Positions 12,979 through 20,711 of a stretch of 64,000 nt of DNA are shown here, one piece after another. The position numbers were made by a program, and so were the translations under genes. Position 1 is the stretch's first letter, and every line of letters starts with the position of its first letter. The notes under the pieces are model-generated. The model was not told the DNA's origin, made no database searches, and saw nothing but the letters and a program-made list of their open reading frames with translations. Where the stretch lies: the NCBI GenBank assembly GCA_002269645.1, contig NIVC01001580.1:201765-265764 (forward strand). Reading direction: 5' to 3'. The DNA is from Macrostomum lignano (Eukaryota).

Positions 12979-13491
12979 TCACGGACATCTTTTTCTTAAG
13001 TTGGCTTCAAACCTCTGTAAGATTCTATCATTCAAATGATTTTTCTCATTAGCATGCAAATGCTTCAAAATCCCCTCAAATGACCGATTGAACAGAAACT
13101 TTTGATAAGCAAAATAGATGCAAAACATTCCGCATTTATTAGAGTTAGCACATTGAACTCTGTTTATATTGCTTCGGAGCCAAAAGCCAGTTGTTTTAAT
13201 CTCTCGAAACAAATTATAAACCAAAGATAAAATTTCAGGTTCCCAGCCGAGGGAGTTGAACAACTCAATGCGATTTCCTTGCCCAACATAGCACACCACC
13301 CAGTGACCAAATGAGCCATTGTGCTGAAGTAGGACAAAAACAAACTTGTTTTCAAAGGAAATTGATGATCTAAATTTTCTTTTTACATTCAAGGGCAGAG
13401 AATTTTTATAGCGCAAATGTAAAGTAACTATGAGAAATTTTTGGTAAGGCAAAAATTTTCTGGCGAGATTAAGTAGTTGAATTGCATCCAT
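12979..13491 (-). CDS. Adenain-like cysteine maturation protease
   Basis: GHWV (His), ELFNSLG, VQCANSNKCGMFCIYF (Gln, Cys); canonical position next to MCP. Confidence 0.9.
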   Translation of the reverse strand: MDAIQLLNLARKFLPYQKFLIVTLHLRYKNSLPLNVKRKFRSSISFENKFVFVLLQHNGSFGHWVVCYVGQGNRIELFNSLGWEPEILSLVYNLFREIKTTGFWLRSNINRVQCANSNKCGMFCIYFAYQKFLFNRSFEGILKHLHANEKNHLNDRILQRFEANLRKRCP

Positions 13492-13496
13492 GTCAA

Positions 13497-14780
13497 TTAA
13501 GAGGAATAGTCCAGCAAAAGCTCTCGGTGCTTGGTGACCTCAATCAGCGAGTCATACAGGCACATAGCAATCAGGGACACCGCTTCATTCAGAGCCTGTT
13601 GGAAGCGAATCTCCAGCCGCAGGTTGCCCTCCTTCTGTCCGTACCACAGAGCCGCTCCCTCGGGTGTGAGATCGAATGCAAACACCGTGGTGTTGTTGGA
13701 GAAGAGCTGGTAGGGGATCCACGGGACCGAGTTTGTGTGGCTTGCAGATTGACAGCTTTTCAGGTAGTGCAAGTATTCTCTTACGAAGGAATTGTTTTCA
13801 GGTGTGAAGGCGCCGTGGCACACGGTTTCCCCACCTTTCTTTAGAGCCAATCGGCTAAGGTTGAAGCTCTGGAACTGTAACGGGCTCGCGTGATGATGAC
13901 CGTTGAATGCTCGGTGGCTCACGAAGGCCAGCATGATGAACTTCGGCAATTTTCCATGAGTGAATCCTTCAATGTTTTTTGACTGAATACCCTGGGGTAG
14001 GATGAAGTTCTGCATTTCAGTTCGCTCGATGGGATACAGTGCATTTTGGTTTGTCAGCCCCTGCTCATGGGCCAGGCTGATGTGGGGCATCACTTTGACT
14101 CGGCGAAGATGCAGAATGCTGTGAGAGATTTCCATTCGGTATGCCGCGTTGTTTGCATTCGGGGTTCTGATGGCAAAGGCCCCATCGCTGGGGACCAGTT
14201 TGATGTGCAGGTGCAGATTGCTTAGCAGAAACACTGGGCACTGGAAAACATCGCTGAAGAGCGGCCCCGCATACTCCATCCATTGGGATTCCCTGTGGCT
14301 CTCCGTGTGCTCTTCAGCTGCCGAGTTCGGCTCCAGGAAGCCAGCAGGGTAAAGTTTTAGTTGCTGGGCATCGGATGAGCTCATTAGTGCTTTGAAGTAC
14401 GCATGGTAGGGATAGAGCTGGTCTCCACCAGACACCACTCGCTGGTTAATGCTCACAATTACATCTGAGAAGGCTGTAGACAGAACAAAATTTTCTGGGT
14501 GCACGTCACTGTCTCTGCGCTCGGTGATGATGCCATCTCCATCTCGAACATCCTCCCTCAGCAAACCCCCATCCAGTCTCACAAGGCGGCAGCGAATATA
14601 AAGAAAAGAATTAAGCAGATCTGTATATTCATCGGCAGATTGGTGGCAGTCAAATTCAATGGGAGAGTTTGCAACAATGGAATTAACTGGGTGAATATCA
14701 ACATAAGTAGCTTTTTCAATGCAGGTTTGTAGAACGGGCGTCTTAAATAAATCAAGTCTGGGATTGAATCCGTAAGCCAT
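13497..14780 (-). CDS. Double jelly-roll major capsid protein (Polinton PY/hexon-like)
   Basis: PIEF...YTDL..SFLYIRCRL, FSDV.VSINQ..V....LYPY.AY, LPKFIMLAFV...AFNG....P..F..FNL, FAFDLTP, GNLRLEIRF..AL; 427 aa, intact. Confidence 0.9.
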   Translation of the reverse strand: MAYGFNPRLDLFKTPVLQTCIEKATYVDIHPVNSIVANSPIEFDCHQSADEYTDLLNSFLYIRCRLVRLDGGLLREDVRDGDGIITERRDSDVHPENFVLSTAFSDVIVSINQRVVSGGDQLYPYHAYFKALMSSSDAQQLKLYPAGFLEPNSAAEEHTESHRESQWMEYAGPLFSDVFQCPVFLLSNLHLHIKLVPSDGAFAIRTPNANNAAYRMEISHSILHLRRVKVMPHISLAHEQGLTNQNALYPIERTEMQNFILPQGIQSKNIEGFTHGKLPKFIMLAFVSHRAFNGHHHASPLQFQSFNLSRLALKKGGETVCHGAFTPENNSFVREYLHYLKSCQSASHTNSVPWIPYQLFSNNTTVFAFDLTPEGAALWYGQKEGNLRLEIRFQQALNEAVSLIAMCLYDSLIEVTKHRELLLDYSS

Positions 14781-14782
14781 GT

Positions 14783-15160
14783 CTATGACAGAGAGTCGAG
14801 CACGCGTTTCACAGTTTTCTTGCTGACTTTTTGCTTTCGCTTTCCTCCGCCTGCTCTATTCTTCTTTGCTTTCGTCTTCCTATTCTTAAGCTTTTTCCCA
14901 CTAGCCTTGCTCGACCTCTTACTGCGATTTCCACCAGTTGCCTTTCGGGTGCCCTTCTTTTTCTTCAATCGTTTCGGACTTGCTTCAGTATTTCTTTTGC
15001 GCCTGACGTTGCTAAGCGTCGAGGCTGATGATGATGATATAGCCGCTGGCGGAGGCTGGTATGTCATGATCCCTGGGAAGCTCCCACAGCCATAGAGTGC
15101 AGGCTTTTCGTGTCCTGTCCTCACCCCCGAATATTGCTGGATTAGCTGCTGGTAGTTCAT
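14783..15160 (-). CDS. Lys/Arg-rich protein, putative genome-condensing core protein
   Basis: MNYQQL start overlaps the mCP stop (ATGA); C-terminal half is extremely basic (RKRN...KKKKG...KKLKNRK); sits between mCP and MCP. Confidence 0.65.
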   Translation of the reverse strand: MNYQQLIQQYSGVRTGHEKPALYGCGSFPGIMTYQPPPAAISSSSASTLSNVRRKRNTEASPKRLKKKKGTRKATGGNRSKRSSKASGKKLKNRKTKAKKNRAGGGKRKQKVSKKTVKRVLDSLS

Positions 15161-15966
15161 TGAATGCGTTTCTCCTGAATTTGAACTGTAAGCAGAACAG
15201 GGCTGTGAGTCTGTGCAATCAGTGGGCAACCATAGATGTCCCGCAGCTGAACTCGAATGCTGTGAAGAAGACTGATTCGTTGAATCGGGAAGAATATTGT
15301 TTTCTTAAATATTTTTGTTTGATAGTTGCCCCATTCAATGCCAGCTTTCATTCCAACTGTTCTCAACAAGGAGCTCCAGTTGCAATTAGTTGACTCAACG
15401 ATACTGCAGTGCACATTGATTAAGCTGGTGCGCGGGCAGCCAATGCAATGCTCGGATACGCGGCTCCCTGGCTGGATTTTCACAGCCTGGTTTCCAAATC
15501 CCAGCCAATGCAGAATTTTACTAGATGGAAGAAACAGCTCTGCTCTCGCAGTGTTGTTGTGCACCACAGTTCGTGAGTTGCGGATTTCGAACTTCATACC
15601 AAATTCCCTGTTGCCACTACGCCCCATCAGGCCGGACTCATCAGCCTCCATCTCAGACTCCCTGTCACTCATTGCATCAAAGAACAGCGAATCAGAGTTG
15701 GCCAGCAGCTCATTCAGGCGCTCCACCAGCTCCTCCACTCTAGCAAAGCGTCCGGGTTGAAGAACCAGGGCCTCATGCTCTCTTCCATCTGAGACAGTGA
15801 AGCAGTAAGGCTCGTCAACATTGAACCATGCAGCAGGCAGATGGATTTCAGCCAGACCTGCCTCATAGTCCACATTTCGATCCAAGTAAATAGGTGAAGG
15901 CAGGTAAAAATTAAAGTCACTAGGAGTACCTTCAGCATGCTCACTGTTAATCAAAATAGTTCGCAT
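15157..15966 (-). CDS. Minor capsid protein (penton-like, Polinton PX)
   Basis: NS....TPSDF.F.LP.PI.L....EAGL.EI.LP..WFNV start and INVHCSIV...LLRTV...FFPI...SIRVQL.DI.G end. Start 15966 because the 15975 ATG is not conserved in copy 2. Confidence 0.85.
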   Translation of the reverse strand: MRTILINSEHAEGTPSDFNFYLPSPIYLDRNVDYEAGLAEIHLPAAWFNVDEPYCFTVSDGREHEALVLQPGRFARVEELVERLNELLANSDSLFFDAMSDRESEMEADESGLMGRSGNREFGMKFEIRNSRTVVHNNTARAELFLPSSKILHWLGFGNQAVKIQPGSRVSEHCIGCPRTSLINVHCSIVESTNCNWSSLLRTVGMKAGIEWGNYQTKIFKKTIFFPIQRISLLHSIRVQLRDIYGCPLIAQTHSPVLLTVQIQEKRIQ

Positions 15967-16003
15967 TATAATCATAAACTACATGATGAGGGCTGTGCCA
16001 AAG

Positions 16004-17074
16004 CTAAACCTTTCTTAAGTCTTTTTCATCCACCCAGCCAGTCGAGTCGTAGCCCGCCCATTTCACCAGATAGCGAATTTTTCCCTTCCGCTTCTCCGTT
16101 TTCAGGATCTTCTCAATCACATACAGCCGCTGTGAGTCCGGGACAGCCTGCAGCTCGTGCTCATGGAAGAGTCCTCGAATCTCTTGCCCCCGCATGTCTT
16201 TAATCTTGTACATGTAGGGATAATGTTTTGGGGCTCTGCTCACCACGGTGTACACTTCCTCACTCCAGCTCGCTTTGTATCCCTTTTTGAATATCCGTGG
16301 AGCATTGGAAATTCTCACTGACTGGTTTTCAGCGAACTTAGGCTTCTTTAATTTTTCTAGAGTCTCGACTGCTTTTCCATCGTACAGGTTCATCCACACT
16401 TCAGATTCATTCTCTTTGCAGACACTAGTGGGTGCCATTTTGATGCTTCTGTGGTAGGTATTGTTGTAGGATTTTACCAGCTTAGGCAGCACATCAAGCC
16501 AGTGCAGTGTGCTCTTGTAGGTGAAGTAGCGCCACATTCTACTTTTCAGAGTTCGATTCCATCGCTCAATGACAGCTGCCTTCTGCTCGCTGTTAGTTGG
16601 GAAAGCCAGAATCCCTCTGTCAATGCAGTATTGACGGAAAGTGGAGTTGATAAATTCCTTCCCCTGATCTGTGCGAACTGTGCGTGGCTGGCGCTTTGAA
16701 CTTCTCAGTATGCTCTCGAATGCTGACTTCACTTCTGCAGCAGATTTATTTTTCAGTGCCTTGGCCCAAGCACATTTTGAGAGCACGTCAATGCATGTGA
16801 GAATATATTTGTAGCCTTTATTATGCTTTGCGAATGGAATCATTTCCACTAAGTCAAGTTCCCACTGATCATCGATTGCGCGCACTATGATTGGGGCCCT
16901 TGGATATCGCCTCCTAGCTGGCTTGTGCAGAGTGTGCACTGGCTGCTCGCTGAGCCACTGCTCAATGCTCTTTGCAGATATTCGATCACCTCTTTGCCTC
17001 ACTTCATGCAGCAACTTTGAGGCACAAGAAAAACTAGCCGGTTGCTCAGGTTTCAAATAAATTTTCTCCATCAT
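16004..17074 (-). CDS. int: Retroviral-like (rve) DDE integrase with C-terminal chromodomain
   Basis: WELDLVEM, VRTDQGKEF, KAAVIERWNRTLK catalytic D-D-E; chromodomain YVIEKIL...RYLVKWAGYDSTGWV. Confidence 0.95.
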   Translation of the reverse strand: MMEKIYLKPEQPASFSCASKLLHEVRQRGDRISAKSIEQWLSEQPVHTLHKPARRRYPRAPIIVRAIDDQWELDLVEMIPFAKHNKGYKYILTCIDVLSKCAWAKALKNKSAAEVKSAFESILRSSKRQPRTVRTDQGKEFINSTFRQYCIDRGILAFPTNSEQKAAVIERWNRTLKSRMWRYFTYKSTLHWLDVLPKLVKSYNNTYHRSIKMAPTSVCKENESEVWMNLYDGKAVETLEKLKKPKFAENQSVRISNAPRIFKKGYKASWSEEVYTVVSRAPKHYPYMYKIKDMRGQEIRGLFHEHELQAVPDSQRLYVIEKILKTEKRKGKIRYLVKWAGYDSTGWVDEKDLRKV

Positions 17075-17394
17075 GGGTTTATCAAGATACGTGCCTATCC
17101 ACCTGCTCTAGCTGTACAGTATTTTTTCTTAAGTAGAAATTTATATTCCAATTAAATGATAGAGAAACGAGTGGCAAATTAATTTATTACTGTCAGATTG
17201 AAACCTCTAACATCGTAACAGTCGGTGTATTTTCCGAAAGCAAACAATCCATAAAAACGAACACTAAAACACTCGCACACCAGCATTTCAGAAATAGCAG
17301 AGATAAAAAACAGCATAGTGCCGTCAGGCTGGATAATCATGTGCAAGCTAAAAGTAATTTAGTTAGTCCAATGCATTCAAAGCATTCTAGCTGT

Positions 17395-18171
17395 TCAGTT
17401 ATCAAAGCGAACATTGGGCTGCAGCCTCATCGCGTCCTGCCGACGAAGTTGAAATGGCAGCTTTCGCTTCCTGCTGCTGCTGCTCACCGTCGAAGCCGCT
17501 GCATGCGCCCTGAACTGATACCACACCGGATCTTCCTCAAGGTTGGTGTCCCGCTGCGGAAGCAGTCCAGCATCAGAATCAACCGAAGGTATCGGTGTGG
17601 ATGTGATTGGCTCAGTCACAATGCGCGGCCTTGTGGGCGAGCTAACGTCCTCGTCATCAGCATGATCTCCGCCCTCATCAGTCTCCATTATGGGCTTCGT
17701 GTCCTGGTCAGCCTCCAACTTGAGCTTCTTGTCCTCTTCCTCCTCTTCCTCATCAGACTCCAGCTCGTACTGCATTGTGTTCCTCAAGGGAGCCACCAGC
17801 TGACCGTCGATCCAGGAGGCGATTTTCCAGAGCTTCTGCCACAGCGGCGGAGTCAGTGGTACGGCGTTTCGTCTCAAAAACTCCTCGCAGCAATCTTCCG
17901 GCAGCCGTTTGAGCCAAATGATGCCGCCTTTGACTTCCACAAACTTATCGAAGCCGAGTTTCACGACCTTGGGCTCGTTGTTGCGTGCAGAAATCACAAG
18001 TGAGCGTTTCACCTCCTTCAATTTCTTCCATTGGTGAACATTCAGGTTGAATCCTGGGACGCCTGGCTTCAGACTTGCCGTGCTGCCGTGTCGGTAAAAC
18101 TTGCGAATAGCGATAAATTTTTGTCCTTCAAACTCCTGGACTTGTGCCTTATAGCCTTCACAGATGTCCAT
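17395..18171 (-). CDS. PC4/Sub1-like ssDNA-binding or coactivator protein with two tandem PC4-like repeats and an acidic tail
   Basis: AQVQEFEGQKFIAIRKFY...LKPGVPGFNLNVHQWKKLKE matches the PC4 pattern V.VREFKGK..IDIREYW...MKPG.KGISL..EQW..LK; second degenerate repeat LGFDKFVEV...IWLKR...NAVPLTPPLWQKL; ESDEEEEEDKK. Confidence 0.8.
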   Translation of the reverse strand: MDICEGYKAQVQEFEGQKFIAIRKFYRHGSTASLKPGVPGFNLNVHQWKKLKEVKRSLVISARNNEPKVVKLGFDKFVEVKGGIIWLKRLPEDCCEEFLRRNAVPLTPPLWQKLWKIASWIDGQLVAPLRNTMQYELESDEEEEEEDKKLKLEADQDTKPIMETDEGGDHADDEDVSSPTRPRIVTEPITSTPIPSVDSDAGLLPQRDTNLEEDPVWYQFRAHAAASTVSSSSRKRKLPFQLRRQDAMRLQPNVRFDN

Positions 18172-18275
18172 TTTCCTTTCGCAATTGAAAACTCACAAAA
18201 GTTAAAAGCTGAGGAAAATTTCGGATGAAATTTTGGATTTGAAAAATTGAGAATTCTTTCTTGTCAATTTCGGGG

Positions 18276-18284
18276 CTTATATAC
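18276..18284 (-). promoter_or_regulatory. TATA box (TATATAAG) upstream of the PC4-like gene
   Basis: About 105 bp upstream of ATG 18171; the same octamer precedes the left-end ORF (47490) and both host fibrinogen-domain genes. Confidence 0.5.
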
Positions 18285-18377
18285 CCTCGACCGAACCACC
18301 CCAAACCACCCATCCCACTCCGGGCTCTGTGATTGGCTCTTTCGCAAACATTATTTCCAATTACATAGATTAACATC

Positions 18378-18597
18378 TTATCTCTGCAGTGTTAACCACC
18401 CCCAATGCAAAGAGATAGGCCGCCTCTCCTCCTATCTCTGCAGTGTTAACCACCCCCAATGCAAAGAGATAGGCCGCCTCTCCTCCTATCTCTGCAGTGT
18501 TAACCACCCCCAATGCAAAGAGATAGGCCGCCTCTCCTCCTATCTCTGCAGTGTTAACCATCTCCAGTGTAAAGAAATAGGCCGCCTCTTCTCCTAT
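18378..18597. repeat. 54-bp tandem repeat (about 4 copies) internal to the right TIR
   Basis: Unit TATCTCTGCAGTGTTAACCACCCCCAATGCAAAGAGATAGGCCGCCTCTCCTCC; related to the 47-bp TIR repeat. Confidence 0.9.
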
Positions 18598-18612
18598 CAC
18601 TCCTGTGTTAAG

Positions 18613-18952
18613 CAGAGATAGAGCTCATATCTCTGCAGTGCTTAGCCGTCCCCAATGCACAGAGATAGAGCTCATATCTCTGCAGTGCTTAGCCGTCCCC
18701 AATGCACAGAGATAGAGCTCATATCTCTGCAGTGCTTAGCCGTCCCCAATGCACAGAGATAGAGCTCATATCTCTGCAGTGCTTAGCCGTCCCCAATGCA
18801 CAGAGATAGAGCTCATATCTCTGCAGTGCTTAGCCGTCCCCAATGCACAGAGATAGGGCTCATATCTCCGCAGTGTATTTTTCCCTATACATTTGCATTG
18901 CCGCCTATCTCGCCAGTGCTAGTGCGGCAGTATCATAATTCGCCCTACTACT
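18613..18952. repeat. Right terminal inverted repeat of Polinton copy 1, including about 5.5 copies of a 47-bp repeat
   Basis: Reverse complement of 46401 onward, with one mismatch seen in the unique terminal part; unit CAGAGATAGAGCTCATATCTCTGCAGTGCTTAGCCGTCCCCAATGCA. Confidence 0.93.
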
Positions 18953-18973
18953 CACGACATCTCACCGGGCGGA

Positions 18974-19276
18974 TCATTGCGTCTCCGTAAATCGAGCGTC
19001 AGCTTCTAGAGCGGCTTCTTGCTTGCGTAGAGTCAGGAGGCGCACCCTTTCTCCGCGAGCTCCTCGTGGGCCTCTCCACGTCCTCTGCCTTTTGCTATTT
19101 CTGGAACTGTTATCCGTGTCTAGTTCTTCTCGACGTGGGTCAGTCGGGGCGTTGAGTTCCAGTTGCGTTGCTTCGTGGTGAGCAGCCAAGCGTTCCCTGA
19201 GTACTGCCTTACGGCCGTTTGTAGAGAGATCTGCCTGTCTAAGCGCGGCCTTCAGGCCTTTCACAGTCTCGGGCAT
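18974..19276 (-). other. Short SAP-domain ORF (possible retroelement gag/ORF1 remnant) flanking the Polinton
   Basis: TVKGLKAALRQADLSTNGRKAVLRERL fits the SAP consensus. Confidence 0.5.
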
Positions 19277-19484
19277 ATGCACTCTGTGGTTTGAGACAGC
19301 CATTGCTACGCGGGGGTAAAAAAAATCAACGCAGCGAGAACAAGCGATTTCAGCTCAAAACAAGGCCTAAAGGGCACAGAACACAACCAACCACCCACCC
19401 CAACGCCGCAAACCCACCCCCCACGCGTGGAGCCAAACAACCCCACGTTAGTCCACGCTGTACAAGTCGGCTAGGCAAACCGGT

Positions 19485-20476
19485 CAGACAGCACAATACT
19501 GATAGAACAGACAGCACAATACTGATAGAACAGACAGCACAATACTGATAGAACAGACAGCACAATACTGATAGAACAGACAGCACAATACTGATAGAAC
19601 AGACAGCACAATACTGATAGAACAGACAGCACAATACTGATAGAACAGACAGCACAATACTGATAGAACAGACAGCACAATACTGATAGAACAGACAGCA
19701 CAATACTGATAGAACAGACAGCACAATACTGATAGAACAGACAGTACAATGCTGATAGAACAGACAGTACAATACTGATAGAACAGACAGTACAATACTG
19801 ATAGAACAGACAGTACAATACTGATAGAACAGACAGTACAATGCTGATAGAACAGACAGCACAATACTGATAGAACAGACAGTACAATGCTGATAGAACA
19901 GACAGTACAATACTGATAGAACAGACAGTACAATGCTGATAGAACAGACAGTACAATACTGATAGAACAGACAGTACAATACTGATAGAACAGACAGTAC
20001 AATACTGATAGAACAGACAGTACAATACTGATAGAACAGACAGCACAATGCTGATAGAACAGACAGCACAATACGGATAGAACAGACAGCTCAATACTGA
20101 TAGAACAGACAGCACAATACTGATAGAACAGACAGTACAATACTGATAGAACAGACAGTACAATGCTGATAGAGCACACAGCACAATACTGATAGAACAG
20201 ACAGCTCAATACTGATAGAACAGTCAGTACAATACTGATAGAACAGACAGCTCAATACTGATAGAACAGACAGTACAATACTGATAGAACAGACAGTACA
20301 ATACTGATAGAACAGACAGCACAATACTGATAGAACAGACAGTACAATACTGATAGAACAGACAGTACAATACTGATAGAACAGACAGCACAATACTGAT
20401 AGAACAGACAGCTCAATACTGATAGAACAGACAGTACAATACTGATAGAACAGACAGTACAATACTGATAGAACAG
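19485..20476. repeat. 23-bp minisatellite (about 43 units)
   Basis: CAGACAG(C/T)ACAATACTGATAGAA tandem array. Confidence 0.97.
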
Positions 20477-20711
20477 TTACTTAGTAGATTAAATCAGTAT
20501 CAGTAATGAAACACTTCAGAAAAGCCTCATGCGCTCGTAGCAGCAAAACGTTAATGTTTTCAGCTGGTACTTCAATTTATTGGAAATCCGAGTCTAAAAA
20601 CTTTGAATTAACTGCGAACAGCATCTGTATACGAGCGTATTGGCATAAGCATGTGAATAAGTAACTACTTCAATGAACAGAGTGCATTATTGCGTTGCTC
20701 AGTTTTGATGC

